Made by a program: the position numbers and the translations under genes. The notes under the pieces were generated by a model, which was not told the DNA's origin, searched no databases, and was given only the letters and a program-made list of their open reading frames with translations. Positions 38,478 through 48,687 of a stretch of DNA of 64,000 bases are shown here, one piece after another. The stretch comes from a bacterium (GTDB taxonomy: Bacteria > Patescibacteriota > Saccharimonadia > CAILAD01 > GCA-016700035), in assembly GCA_020854115.1 (NCBI GenBank), contig JADZGC010000004.1:1665-65664 (forward strand), in the 5' to 3' direction. Each line of letters opens with the position of its first letter. Within the stretch, counting starts at the first letter, position 1.

Positions 38478-38577
38478 GGATTTTTCCTAACCAAGAGAGT
38501 ATAGCAGGTTCGGCCAAAAACTGCAACCCATATAGATATGTCAGCGCAGTCCTCTTGAATCGGGTATACTGGCATAT

Positions 38578-39198
38578 ATGGATCTTATCGAAATTGTTCG
38601 ACTGCTATTTATATATGTTATCGCTATCACGATACATGAGTTTAGTCATGCGTGGGCAGGGTATAAGCTAGGAGACCCTACAGCACGTATTCAGGGGCGA
38701 TTGACTCTGAACCCAGCTGCGCACATTGATCCTCTGACCACACTCGCACTACCATTTATGTTGCTCTTGATGGGGAGTCCGATTATCTTTGGAGCTGCCC
38801 GACCAGTGCCATTTAACCCATATATGGTGCGATATGGTCGCAAGGGGGCTGCACTCATAGCAATCGCTGGACCGGCTAGCAATCTGATATTGGCTGCAGG
38901 TGTGGCGCTAGTAGTGCGGTTCGTGCCTTTGCTCGCCGAATTTGGCGGTGGCTTACTAATAAATATGTTAGTTATCAATATCGCATTAGCACTCTTCAAT
39001 CTCATACCAATTCCGCCGCTTGATGGGTCGCGTGTGGTCTATGCCTTTGCACCAACTCGTGTGATGGAGGCGATGGAGCAATTTGAGCGTACGGGTCCAA
39101 TTGCTCTGATGATTATTTTCTTCCTGGTCTATCCATTAATATCCGGTCCGCTGGCTGCTGCCGTCACTTCAGTTACGCGGTTGCTTCTAGGCATTTAA
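38578..39198 (+). CDS. Site-2 (M50) membrane metalloprotease
   Basis: HEFSH, GRLTLNP..HIDP, AGPASN, FNLIPIPPLDG. Confidence 0.95.
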   Translation: MDLIEIVRLLFIYVIAITIHEFSHAWAGYKLGDPTARIQGRLTLNPAAHIDPLTTLALPFMLLLMGSPIIFGAARPVPFNPYMVRYGRKGAALIAIAGPASNLILAAGVALVVRFVPLLAEFGGGLLINMLVINIALALFNLIPIPPLDGSRVVYAFAPTRVMEAMEQFERTGPIALMIIFFLVYPLISGPLAAAVTSVTRLLLGI

Positions 39199-39231
39199 AC
39201 GGGTGAGGGTCAGCTCTGATATAATGGCTGT

Positions 39232-39396
39232 AGACTCCGCAAGCGCACGATAAAGAACTCATGTATCTTTTCTGCTTACGTATTGAAACGGGAGCTTTAG
39301 ATTGCTAACCTGATGACTTGCTCTCGGGCTTATGCTGCGAGCACCCACCTGGTTTGTTGCCAGGGAAGATACCGTTCTCGACGCTTGGGGAGTTTT
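39232..39396 (+). ncRNA. Structured ncRNA, probably 6S RNA
   Basis: TATAAT at 39220-39225; 5' and 3' ends pair into an interrupted rod with central bubble; ends in T-run. Confidence 0.65.
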
Positions 39397-39400
39397 TGAT

Positions 39401-39946
39401 TTATAGTCCGAAATGCCTACGCCAGGTGGAGGGTTTGGATATGGTGTCGGCACGTAAGAAATCTATATATTGTGCGACCTTGTAATAGTTGGCTATCTGG
39501 TGGACTGCCCTTGATGTGTCATATGGGTAGATCCAGAGGGCAGGAGCATAACGTCGAAAGCCGATACGTTTGAGCTCAATAATAAATTGGTTACGTGCAA
39601 TTTTTTTAGATTCAGGTATCTGGTAGGTGACAAAGTGCCAGCGCTGGTTCCAGGTAGCAGGACGTTTGGCGGCGGCAATGCGATAGTGAGATAGTTGTAG
39701 CTTTTGCTTGCCGGCTACGGTGAGTCGATAGATACGTTCGGATTCGATAGAGCCAAGAGTAATGTCGCCTTGTTTTACGAGTAGAGCTAGGGTGTCCTTG
39801 ATGCGCGCGCGGGGAGCACGGTCTGACCCCCAGCTGAATAGCTCGAGGAGGCCACGGTCTTTAAGTAACTGCGACTCGGTAGTAACATCACTATTCCCGA
39901 TCTTGGCGAGAAGGGTATGGGACTTATTGGGCTGCTTGATTTTCAT
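39401..39946 (-). CDS. PaaX-like winged-helix protein with Cas2-like fold domain (not CRISPR-associated here)
   Basis: 'YRLTVAG', 'WNQRWHFVTYQIPE..K..R...L..IGF......WIYPY'. Confidence 0.8.
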   Translation of the reverse strand: MKIKQPNKSHTLLAKIGNSDVTTESQLLKDRGLLELFSWGSDRAPRARIKDTLALLVKQGDITLGSIESERIYRLTVAGKQKLQLSHYRIAAAKRPATWNQRWHFVTYQIPESKKIARNQFIIELKRIGFRRYAPALWIYPYDTSRAVHQIANYYKVAQYIDFLRADTISKPSTWRRHFGL

Positions 39947-40037
39947 GCTTAAGCACTATTATTATGTATATATCTAGGCCGGTCAAGTGGCGCGTCAGAT
40001 CATGAAAGCTGGTACAATGGGGACAACAGGAAATTAA

Positions 40038-40114
40038 CGGGGTGTGGCGCAGGTGGCTAGCGCGTACGGCTGGGGGCCGTGAGGTCGCAGGTTCAAGTCC
40101 TGTCACCCCGACCA
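40038..40114 (+). tRNA. tRNA-Pro(GGG)
   Basis: CGGGGTG...CACCCCG-ACCA; arm TACGG-CTGGGGG-CCGTG. Confidence 0.95.
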
Positions 40115-40134
40115 CGATTACTGAGAGGAGGTAC

Positions 40135-41556
40135 ATGGATCTTCAGGGAGAAAAGTGTGGAGTATTTGGAGTATATGCACCTGGAGAAGATGTTGCTCGA
40201 CTGACGTATTATGGGCTCTCTGCCTTGCAGCATCGCGGACAAGAGAGTTCGGGGATTGTGACGACTGATGGCGATCGCTTTTATACCCATAAAAAGCCTG
40301 GCCTTGTTGCACAAGTATTTAATGATGAAGCCCTTTCTACGCTCAAGGGCTTCGCAGCCATCGGGCATAACCGATACGCTACATCAGGGGGTAAGCATGA
40401 TGCACATGCGCAACCTGTGCTGCGCGGTGATGACGTGATAGCTTTGGCGCATAATGGGAATTTGCCCTCTACTACTGAGCTCGAGAAGTTCTTGCGATCA
40501 AAGAAACTCCTGAAGCAGGGCAGTAATGACACTGAGATGATGGCCGACGTGATCAGATATTGGCGTTATCATGGCAAGAACCCAGTCGAAGCGCTGCAGC
40601 TTGCTTGGCCACTGTTTACAGGGGCTTTTTCATGTCTGATGTTAAGCCAGCATCGCTTGATAGCCTTTCGCGATAGTCGTGGCATACGCCCACTGTCGAT
40701 TGGCCGATTGCCGGGTGGAGGATATGTGATCGCCTCTGAAACGTGCGCCTTTGATATCATTGGGGCTTCGTATGAGCGTGACGTGCGGCCTGGTGAATTG
40801 ATTGAAATAAAAAACGGTGAGTTGCAATCGATCCAGATCGAGGAGCCGGATGAAAGGCTCGAAGTATTTGAATATATTTACTTCGCTCGACCCGATAGCT
40901 TACTCCAGGGGCAACGGGTGAATGAAGTGCGCCGTCGCTTGGGCGTGAAGCTGGCACAGGAACAGCCAGTACGCGCCGATGTAGTTATACCGGTCCCTGA
41001 TTCCGCTATACCGGCTGCGCTTGGGTTCGCTCAGGAATCATGTATCGAATTCGACCACGGACTTATCAAGAATCGCTATATTCACCGCACGTTTATTACG
41101 CCTGATCAGACCCTGCGAGAGCGAGCAGTTGCCATGAAGCTCAACCCCCTTCCAGAGGTCGTTGCCGGCAAGAATGTGGTATTGATTGATGATTCTATTG
41201 TGCGCGGTACAACTACGAAGCAGATCATCGCGCTTGTGCGAGCTGCCGGAGCAAAGACCGTGCATGTGCGTGTCAGCTCGCCCCCAGTGCTGTATCCAGA
41301 CTTCTATGGTATAGATACCCCAGATCAATCAAAATTGATTGCTTCGGAGCTTCGTGCGACGCGCAAAGTCGGAGCAGCAATTGGGGCTGATAGTTTGGGG
41401 TATTTATCAGTTGAAGGTATGCTTGAGGCGATTGATCGTCCTAAGGATTCGTTGTGTTTAGCATGCTTTACGGGAGAATATCCAATTGATCTTCGCGAGC
41501 GCACCGACGAAGTGCAGATGATTGATTCCAAGCAGCCGGTAAATGCGGTAGCATAG
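40135..41556 (+). CDS. purF: Amidophosphoribosyltransferase
   Basis: Propeptide then CGVFG, QHRGQES, HNRYAT, HNGN, FARPDS, DDSIVRGTT; SD GGAGG before ATG 40135. Confidence 0.95.
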   Translation: MDLQGEKCGVFGVYAPGEDVARLTYYGLSALQHRGQESSGIVTTDGDRFYTHKKPGLVAQVFNDEALSTLKGFAAIGHNRYATSGGKHDAHAQPVLRGDDVIALAHNGNLPSTTELEKFLRSKKLLKQGSNDTEMMADVIRYWRYHGKNPVEALQLAWPLFTGAFSCLMLSQHRLIAFRDSRGIRPLSIGRLPGGGYVIASETCAFDIIGASYERDVRPGELIEIKNGELQSIQIEEPDERLEVFEYIYFARPDSLLQGQRVNEVRRRLGVKLAQEQPVRADVVIPVPDSAIPAALGFAQESCIEFDHGLIKNRYIHRTFITPDQTLRERAVAMKLNPLPEVVAGKNVVLIDDSIVRGTTTKQIIALVRAAGAKTVHVRVSSPPVLYPDFYGIDTPDQSKLIASELRATRKVGAAIGADSLGYLSVEGMLEAIDRPKDSLCLACFTGEYPIDLRERTDEVQMIDSKQPVNAVA

Positions 41557-41563
41557 TACGAGT

Positions 41564-41971
41564 ATGGCAAGCATTTTTACTAAGATTCGACAGCACGAGA
41601 TACCGGGTGAGATTATTTATCAGGACTCAACGGTCTTTATTATTCTGACGATTCGACCGCATACCTCGGGGCATAGCCTGGTGATACCTGTCGCGGAAGA
41701 GCCTGATTTTCAAGAGCTTCCAGAGGATCAATACACACGCCTTATGGCAGTAACTCGACAATATGCTCAGGCGCTTCGAGCAATTTATCAGTCACCAAAG
41801 GTTGCACTGGTTGCGATGGGTCTGGAGGTGGCGCATACGCACTTGCACGTATTTCCTCTGTATACCGAGGACGATATAAACATCTCTCGAGCACACACAG
41901 TGAGCTCAGAAGAATTAAAAGAAGAAGCTGATAAGATACGGTCATATCTCAAGGAGCATCCAATACAGTGA
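41564..41971 (+). CDS. HIT family hydrolase
   Basis: IF.KI...EIP, GH.LVIP, HTHLHVFP. Confidence 0.93.
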   Translation: MASIFTKIRQHEIPGEIIYQDSTVFIILTIRPHTSGHSLVIPVAEEPDFQELPEDQYTRLMAVTRQYAQALRAIYQSPKVALVAMGLEVAHTHLHVFPLYTEDDINISRAHTVSSEELKEEADKIRSYLKEHPIQ

Positions 41972-42750
41972 TCGCAATTGCAATATTGCTAGGTTTAGTA
42001 CAGGCGCTTACTGAATTTCTGCCGATATCGTCAAGCGCACATCTCCTGATCATTCCGTGGCTGTTCAATTTTCCAGGCCTGGGCCTGGCATTTGATGCAT
42101 CCTTACATATCGGGACGTCGACCGCATTGATCTGGTATTTTTGGAGTGACTTCGTAAAGATCGTGCGTGAACGAGGTGAGTTACCTTGGATGATCTTGAT
42201 TGCATCTATTCCCGGTGGGGTGGTTGGATTTTTTGGCGAGAAGATCATAGACCAGGTCTTTCACGAAGGGTCAGCTGCAATATTGATATCCGCAATCGGT
42301 ATCTTGGTCGCCACAACGGTAATCTGGGTTATTGATCGGAATGCCCGAGAACGCAAGACGTTTGAGCAACTCGTACGCCGTGATGCGATGTTCATTGGTA
42401 TTGGTCAGGCACTTGCCTTAATCCCCGGCGTATCTCGATCTGGCGCCACCATTGCTGCGGGTCTTGCAGTGGGGCTCAAGCGCGAAGAGGCAGCACGATT
42501 TAGCTTCTTGATCGGTACTCCTATGGCGCTGGGCGCGGGCCTATATAAGATGCTCGGCATCGTACAGTCTCAGCCAACGGGCATGGAGCTAGCTCAGATG
42601 GGCGTGGGCATACTGGTGTCTGCGCTGGGTGGTTTCATTGTTATCCGTTGGCTGCTAGCATACCTTAAGCATCATGACCTGAGAGTGTTCTTGCTCTATC
42701 GTGCGGTGTTTGCAGTACTTGTGCTAATCGTGTTGTGGCAGAGGTGGTAG
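41968..42750 (+). CDS. uppP: Undecaprenyl-diphosphate phosphatase (BacA)
   Basis: QALTEFLPISSSAH, PGVSRSGAT, AARFSFL. Confidence 0.95.
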   Translation: MIAIAILLGLVQALTEFLPISSSAHLLIIPWLFNFPGLGLAFDASLHIGTSTALIWYFWSDFVKIVRERGELPWMILIASIPGGVVGFFGEKIIDQVFHEGSAAILISAIGILVATTVIWVIDRNARERKTFEQLVRRDAMFIGIGQALALIPGVSRSGATIAAGLAVGLKREEAARFSFLIGTPMALGAGLYKMLGIVQSQPTGMELAQMGVGILVSALGGFIVIRWLLAYLKHHDLRVFLLYRAVFAVLVLIVLWQRW

Positions 42751-42754
42751 GAAG

Positions 42755-43159
42755 ATGGTAGCGCGCATTCACTGTGATGGTGGCTCTCGCGGTAATCCGG
42801 GTCCTGCCGCCGCCGGCTCAGTCCTACTTGATGATCAAGGGCAAGTCATTGACACCCTGAGCGAGTATATGGGCATCGCAACCAATAATCTGGCAGAGTA
42901 CCAGGCTGTGTTGCTTGGGATAGAGCTGATGCGCAAGCATCAATTAGCCGAAGCCAACTTCTACCTCGATAGCCAGCTCGTTGTAAGGCAGTTAGAGGGC
43001 CAGTATAAGGTCAAGCACCCAGACATGCAGCGACAGTATGCGGCCGTACAAGAGGCCTTACGGGGCCTAACGGTTCGCTTCCATCACGTCCTGCGCGAGC
43101 ACAATAAGGATGCTGATGCAGCAGTGAATGCCTGCTTGGACGCGCATAGTGATAACTAG
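42755..43159 (+). CDS. rnhA: Ribonuclease HI family protein
   Basis: DGGSRGNPG, TNN.AEY, DSQLV..Q..G.YKVK, RE.N..AD. Confidence 0.92.
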   Translation: MVARIHCDGGSRGNPGPAAAGSVLLDDQGQVIDTLSEYMGIATNNLAEYQAVLLGIELMRKHQLAEANFYLDSQLVVRQLEGQYKVKHPDMQRQYAAVQEALRGLTVRFHHVLREHNKDADAAVNACLDAHSDN

Positions 43160-43190
43160 ACAAATATAGATTAATATAGTAAAATAATGT

Positions 43191-43578
43191 AGCAAGCAAG
43201 TAGGCAGCCGCCCAATATTTTGGGAGGAAAGTCCGAACAGCTCGAGTGCATGGTGGTCGCTAACGGCGACCCGGGGTAACCCGAGGGATAGTGCCACAGA
43301 AACGATACCGCCGACTCTATGTCGGTAAGGGTGAAACGAGTGCGGCAAGAGCGCACAGTGCTGTATGGTGACATACGGTAATGGTAAACCCCACCTGCTG
43401 CAAGGCTTATGGATCCTTGATTCTTCGTGAATCAGAGCGCACTCGCTCTTTAAATGGATACGTCGCACGATCGTAGGCGAACTACGACGCTGGCCGATCT
43501 ACGATCGGTCAGAGAGAGATGGCTGCCCATCACGAGATAGGCTCGTTGATGACAGAATTCGGCTTATCGCTTGCTTGT
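43191..43578 (+). ncRNA. rnpB: RNase P RNA (ends approximate)
   Basis: GGAGGAAAGTCC, AGTGCCACAGAAA, GGGTGAAAC, GGTAAACCCC and ACAGAATTCGGCTTA conserved blocks. Confidence 0.95.
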
Positions 43579-43643
43579 CCGCATAAGAACTCATGCTCAG
43601 TGAGTCTTTATGCAGGGTCATCAGGTTGGTACAATAGATACAG

Positions 43644-45056
43644 ATGCGCAAACGTAGCGAACTATTATTTAACTTGCTTCTGATACCGCTCGATGCGGGG
43701 GCTTTGATTGCAAGCTGGGTGCTTGCATATATCATTCGCGTTGAATATACGCTCAAGCCTACGGTCTACAATATCCCTGGCTATGACTATCTCGGCGCTA
43801 TGGTAGCGCTTGTGCCTGTTAGTGTAGCGCTATTTGCTGTGGTTGGTTTATATAGCTTCGACTCGACTCGTAGTCGATGGGTCGAATACGGAAAAGTTGT
43901 TGCGGCTGTTTCTGCGAGCACGATGTTCTTAATTATCGTAGACTTTTTTACAACAAAGCCACTTTTCCCATCTAAGGCGGTCGTGATATATGGCCTCGTC
44001 ATTTCTCTCTTGTCGGTGATTGTAGTACGATTTGTACTCAATAGCTTTCAGCGATGGCTGTTTCGCTTTGGTATAGGGCGACGGCGAGTAGTAGTCATTG
44101 GCTCTGGTGAGATGGCAGACAATCTTACCTATGCCTATCAAAAGCAACGAGGCTATGTGCTGGCTGGGATCATCCCGCATGCAAAGTCAGAATATACAAA
44201 GTTAGAAGCTTTGTTGAAGCAGAGATTAGTCGATGAGGTCGTACTTGCGGAATACGATGTTTCGGCTGAGAAACAACTTCAGTACATCACGCTAACTCAT
44301 GAGCATCATGTTGGATATAAGTTTGTGCCGACTATAGCTGGGCTCTTCCAGACGCGATCGCAGTCGGAGTTAGTTGCTGAGCTTCCATTGATTGAGGTCG
44401 TGCGCACACCACTTGATGGGTGGTGGCGAATTTATAAGGCAATACTTGATTATTGTATGGCAATTGTCGTGACACTAATATTGACTCCGATTATGCTTGC
44501 GATAGCGCTAGTTATCAAGTTAACGGACAGGGGGCCGGTGTTTTATCGACATGAACGGATTGGGCGTGATGGTAAGAAAATTCAAGTTTGGAAATTTCGT
44601 AGTATGTATACGAAATTCTCGACAGGTGCTGGCTACTCTGGAAAGAGCGACAAAGAAATTCTCGAGCAGCTTGGGAGCAAGAAGTTGGCCGCTGAATTCG
44701 CCAAAGAACAGAAACTTAAAGATGACCCACGAGTAACGCCAATCGGTAAGTTCTTGCGCAAGACGAGCCTGGATGAGCTCCCGCAAATTATCAATGTTCT
44801 TCGAGGCGAACTCAGTATCATTGGTCCTCGTCCGGTAGTTGAAGCCGAGCTGAAGCGGTACGGAGATAAGCGTGCAACATTCTTGCTCATTAAGCCGGGG
44901 ATTACAGGCCTCTGGCAGGTATCTGGTAGAAATGACATCTCGTACGAAAATCGCGTGAAGCTTGATGTATACTACGTCGAACACTGGAGTGCTTGGCAAG
45001 ATATTCGGATTCTCTTTCGCACTGTTTTGGTGATCTTCGGGCGAAAAGGATATTAG
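43644..45056 (+). CDS. Polyprenyl-phosphate phosphoglycosyl transferase (WbaP/WcaJ type)
   Basis: KFRSM, DDPRVT.IG.FLRKTSLDELPQ, GPRP, PGITGLWQV. Confidence 0.95.
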   Translation: MRKRSELLFNLLLIPLDAGALIASWVLAYIIRVEYTLKPTVYNIPGYDYLGAMVALVPVSVALFAVVGLYSFDSTRSRWVEYGKVVAAVSASTMFLIIVDFFTTKPLFPSKAVVIYGLVISLLSVIVVRFVLNSFQRWLFRFGIGRRRVVVIGSGEMADNLTYAYQKQRGYVLAGIIPHAKSEYTKLEALLKQRLVDEVVLAEYDVSAEKQLQYITLTHEHHVGYKFVPTIAGLFQTRSQSELVAELPLIEVVRTPLDGWWRIYKAILDYCMAIVVTLILTPIMLAIALVIKLTDRGPVFYRHERIGRDGKKIQVWKFRSMYTKFSTGAGYSGKSDKEILEQLGSKKLAAEFAKEQKLKDDPRVTPIGKFLRKTSLDELPQIINVLRGELSIIGPRPVVEAELKRYGDKRATFLLIKPGITGLWQVSGRNDISYENRVKLDVYYVEHWSAWQDIRILFRTVLVIFGRKGY

Positions 45057-45061
45057 GGCGC

Positions 45062-46177
45062 GTGCGTATCGCCATTGTACATGATTGGCTAACAAACTTA
45101 GGTGGCGCCGAGCGGGTTGTAGCTGCAATGCTAGAAGCGTACCCCCAGGCAGACCTCTATACAAGTGTCTATAATCCAGAGCGCTTAAAGCTCTTTCGGG
45201 ATAAGAGGGTGCATACAACCTTTCTTCAAAACATACCTCTTGCAAAGCAGAAGCATCAGCTTTTTTCGGGTATGAGGCGACTAGCCTTTGAGCAGCTCGA
45301 TATCAAAGGATATGATGTTGTAATTTCTTCTACGACAGCTGAAGCCAAAGGAATTATTACTGATGAGCGGACCCTTCATATATCTTACATAAATACGCCC
45401 ACCCGATATCTATGGAGCCACTATGCAGAGTATCTGGCGCATCCTGGTTTTGGGGTGCTTGATCCGCTCGCTCGCTGGCAGTTGCGACGTACGGTCCAGA
45501 AAGCTAGAAAATGGGACTTTGCGGCAGCACAGAGGCCAGACGTCTTACTCGCTAACTCAAAGCATGTACAGAAAAGGATACAGAAATACTACCAGCGCGA
45601 TAGTCAGGTAGTTTACCCTGTTGTAGATGTCGAACGCTTTATGAAGCGACGGCATCCTCGGCCACGACATGTGCCAGATCGCTATATGTTAGCGGTCAGC
45701 CGTTTAGTGCCATATAAGCGTATCGATATCGCTGTGCAGGCATGTGAGCAGGCCGGCTATCCGCTTATTGTTATTGGTGCTGGCCCGCAACTCAAGAGCC
45801 TGAGAAAGATAGCTGGTCCACAGACGCAATTCCTTGGAGAGGTGAAGGATAGCTTGGTTGAAGCGTACCTCCAGCATGCTAGTGCCTTCCTGTTTCCGGG
45901 CGAAGAAGATTTTGGGATCACGCCGGTCGAGTCATTGGCCTCTGGGACGCCAGTGATTGCATATAGGCGAGGAGGGGCTACCGAGACTGTTGCGGATAGC
46001 GTTGGCGTATTAGTGCGACAGCAAAGTGTGGCCGCATTTGTGCGGGCGATTCAAGAGTACGACGCGACTTGTTATGATGCGGATATATTGCAACTACGTG
46101 CTCAGGAGTTTTCAAGAGAGCGGTTTATTGCAGAGCTACAGCGAGTGGTTAGGGCGAGCCTCGAAAGTGTTGGCTAA
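45062..46177 (+). CDS. GT4 glycosyltransferase
   Basis: IVHDWL...GGAERV, SRLVPYKR, EDFGITPVE. Confidence 0.92.
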   Translation: MRIAIVHDWLTNLGGAERVVAAMLEAYPQADLYTSVYNPERLKLFRDKRVHTTFLQNIPLAKQKHQLFSGMRRLAFEQLDIKGYDVVISSTTAEAKGIITDERTLHISYINTPTRYLWSHYAEYLAHPGFGVLDPLARWQLRRTVQKARKWDFAAAQRPDVLLANSKHVQKRIQKYYQRDSQVVYPVVDVERFMKRRHPRPRHVPDRYMLAVSRLVPYKRIDIAVQACEQAGYPLIVIGAGPQLKSLRKIAGPQTQFLGEVKDSLVEAYLQHASAFLFPGEEDFGITPVESLASGTPVIAYRRGGATETVADSVGVLVRQQSVAAFVRAIQEYDATCYDADILQLRAQEFSRERFIAELQRVVRASLESVG

Positions 46178-47573
46178 TATAAAACGATTTGCTTTACCTA
46201 TATTGATTATTTGTTTTTTTGGGCTGGTTGCCGCCTTGTCACCGCTTAAAGGGTTGTTGATTAGCCGAAATACTGATGATAAAACCACAACATTTATTCG
46301 TGCTATACTTGGTGACAAGGTTAAGCCAAAAACGACCTTACTGCTATTTGCAAATAATAACGCCTTGAGGGTTGGCGGGGGATTTGTAGGGACTATTGGA
46401 GTGCTGCGAGGAGATGGCGATAATATAGCAATTAGGGAGATCCGCAGCGTATATTATTATGATCATCGTCTGGACGATAAGGTGGGTTTTGTAGTGGCGC
46501 CAAATTACATGGGGCGTTTTACAGACTCGCTACGAATCGCCGATAGTCTAAGTGAGCCAATAACTTCACTAAACCTGCAAAGGGCGCACGATGTATACTC
46601 CCGGGTTTCTGGTGAAAAAATCGATAATGTTGTAGAAATAACACCAGATCTACTAAAGAGTATATTGGATATCACTGGACCGATTGAGCTGCGAGAGTAC
46701 AATCTTACAGTCGATTCTACGAATGTATTGAAAACCATACAGCTGGAAGTTGAATCAGGGAAAGATCGTGTTATCGGAAAGGACCCAAAAAGTGTGTTAT
46801 CTGTATTAGCGAACGAGATAATCCAGAGAATTCCTCAGTTATCGTTGCGCGATACAGGAAGGTACTATAGCCTCCTAGGGCGTGTTTCTGCAGGTGAACA
46901 AGCACGAGCTTTACTCAATATCAGTGATCCGAGCAGGTTAGTGGTTACTAATTCTAGAGAGGAGTATATCGGTGCGAAAAATGCCCTGCTCATAACCAGC
47001 TCGAATTTAGATGCAGGTAAAGCAAGTATGAGCATTAAGCAAAATATATCCCTTGACTACTATATTGGTAGCGATGGCAAGGATAGATATTCATTAGATA
47101 TCACTCGTACGCATACTGCGAGTGAGAAACTATCATATGTCGACCCTAGAACGGGCGGGGGGAACGATATAATTGGTACCGATATCTCAGCCATACAGGT
47201 ATATTTGCCTCTTGGCGCACGACCAGTAGATGACAATGAGGCGCCAATAGTGCTAGAGAGTACAAACAGATGGGTGAAATATACCGAGGAGATGCAGCTA
47301 GGGCTACAAGAGACTAAAAATATTTCATTCACCTATACCTTGCAGCGCAGAGAAGAGATCAGTGGGCGTATATCGGGCAGTCAGTGGGTCCTCTATCAGT
47401 TTGGTGCTTCACCACAGCGCGTTAAGGTGCGAATTCATGCACCTGCTGGGTATGTTGTTGCTGATCTGCCTAGTAATGCAACGACTGTTGATAATCGAAT
47501 CATCCAGTTTGACATATTCCAGGAACAACAGGATCTCGAGTTGAAGTATGATTTTAGATCGGAAGCGGAGTAG
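46167..47573 (+). CDS. DUF4012-like extracytoplasmic protein
   Basis: N-terminal TM; 'LLLFANN..LR..GGFVG', 'L.ITGPI.L' motifs; lower GC than neighbours. Confidence 0.7.
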   Translation: MLANIKRFALPILIICFFGLVAALSPLKGLLISRNTDDKTTTFIRAILGDKVKPKTTLLLFANNNALRVGGGFVGTIGVLRGDGDNIAIREIRSVYYYDHRLDDKVGFVVAPNYMGRFTDSLRIADSLSEPITSLNLQRAHDVYSRVSGEKIDNVVEITPDLLKSILDITGPIELREYNLTVDSTNVLKTIQLEVESGKDRVIGKDPKSVLSVLANEIIQRIPQLSLRDTGRYYSLLGRVSAGEQARALLNISDPSRLVVTNSREEYIGAKNALLITSSNLDAGKASMSIKQNISLDYYIGSDGKDRYSLDITRTHTASEKLSYVDPRTGGGNDIIGTDISAIQVYLPLGARPVDDNEAPIVLESTNRWVKYTEEMQLGLQETKNISFTYTLQRREEISGRISGSQWVLYQFGASPQRVKVRIHAPAGYVVADLPSNATTVDNRIIQFDIFQEQQDLELKYDFRSEAE

Positions 47574-47586
47574 AGTTTTGCTACGT

Positions 47587-47928
47587 TTATTTCGCGAGTT
47601 TGACGAGTGCTTTGATGGCCTGTGGTTGCTTCACGGCAAGCTCAGCAAGCATCTTACGATTGAGTTTGATGTCTTTTTTGGTTAGGCCAGAAATGAATGT
47701 GCTATAGCTGAGTCCGTGTGGTCGTACGGCTGCATTGATTCGTGTCACCCAGAGTGAACGGAAATCGCGCTTACGATTACGGCGATCACGGTAGCTGTAG
47801 CTAAGTGCCTTCAAGACTGCTTCGTGGCCTTTGCGGTATGATGCGCGGCGTGTATGGCCCATGCCCTTAGTGAGGGCGAGGATCTTCTTATGGCGACGTC
47901 GGGCAGTAACAGATCGTTTTACACGCAT
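47587..47928 (-). CDS. rplT: 50S ribosomal protein L20
   Basis: [33 protein letters not shown]. Confidence 0.97.
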   Translation of the reverse strand: MRVKRSVTARRRHKKILALTKGMGHTRRASYRKGHEAVLKALSYSYRDRRNRKRDFRSLWVTRINAAVRPHGLSYSTFISGLTKKDIKLNRKMLAELAVKQPQAIKALVKLAK

Positions 47929-48125
47929 TATGAGGCTCCCAGCATTCGCTTAACGGTCTTTGTTTCGCTTGCGCTCACGGCATGGGATTTGGTGTATCCG
48001 CGCTTTCGATCAGCTGGCTTACCACTCAACTTGTGTGCACGGGTAGCTCGGCGACGCAGTAGCGCACCTGATCCTGTAATCTTGAACCGCTTGCTAGCAG
48101 TCTTGTTGGTCTTTACCTTTGGCAT
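47928..48125 (-). CDS. rpmI: 50S ribosomal protein L35
   Basis: MPKVKT.K...KRFKITGSG. Confidence 0.95.
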   Translation of the reverse strand: MPKVKTNKTASKRFKITGSGALLRRRATRAHKLSGKPADRKRGYTKSHAVSASETKTVKRMLGAS

Positions 48126-48636
48126 CTTGTTTCCTTACTACTAATACAGCTGATAATTCGCGCCCATTCAGCGCGGCAGCCTGTTCGATTGTTGCTATCT
48201 CGGAGAGACGATCGCAGAACTTATCGAGTACCATACGACCAAGTTCCGGATGTGTAATCTCGCGTCCACGGAAGCGTACATTGACGCGAACCTTGTGGCC
48301 CTTCTCTAGGAACTTGACGGCAGCACGATGCTTGACGTCGAGGTCGTGAGTATCGGTCTTAAGTCCCAATCGAACCTGTTTAATGTCGAATTGTTTTTGA
48401 TTGCGGCGGTTTTTTTGCTGAGCCTTATCCTGCTCATAGCGAAACTTACCCCAATCTATGATACGAACTACGGGAGGCTTAGCCAGAGGTGAAACTTCAA
48501 CCAGATCAAGTCCGGCTTCTTCTGCAAGTCGTCGAGCCTCTTTGATAGACACTACTCCTACTTGCCGTGCTGAGGCGTCAATTAACCGTACCGGGTCGGC
48601 CGTTATCTGATAATTGACGCGAATTCGCTTGCTAAT
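48094..48636 (-). CDS. infC: Translation initiation factor IF-3 with ATT start codon
   Basis: [26 protein letters not shown]; frame extends to ATT at 48636 ([16 protein letters not shown]) with AGGAG upstream. Confidence 0.93.
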   Translation of the reverse strand: MSKRIRVNYQITADPVRLIDASARQVGVVSIKEARRLAEEAGLDLVEVSPLAKPPVVRIIDWGKFRYEQDKAQQKNRRNQKQFDIKQVRLGLKTDTHDLDVKHRAAVKFLEKGHKVRVNVRFRGREITHPELGRMVLDKFCDRLSEIATIEQAAALNGRELSAVLVVRKQDAKGKDQQDC

Positions 48637-48687
48637 ACTCTGGATACTCCTACTCGTTCTCGATCAAGTCTACAAGAAAACTACAGA

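Noticed and set aside
39401-39946. Cas2-like domain suggesting CRISPR-Cas
   Set aside because: It has PaaX-type architecture; no cas genes or repeat-spacer array occur in the window
39945-39975. Possible dif site (TTATGTATATA half)
   Set aside because: Only one arm resembles the XerD site; there is no matching left arm
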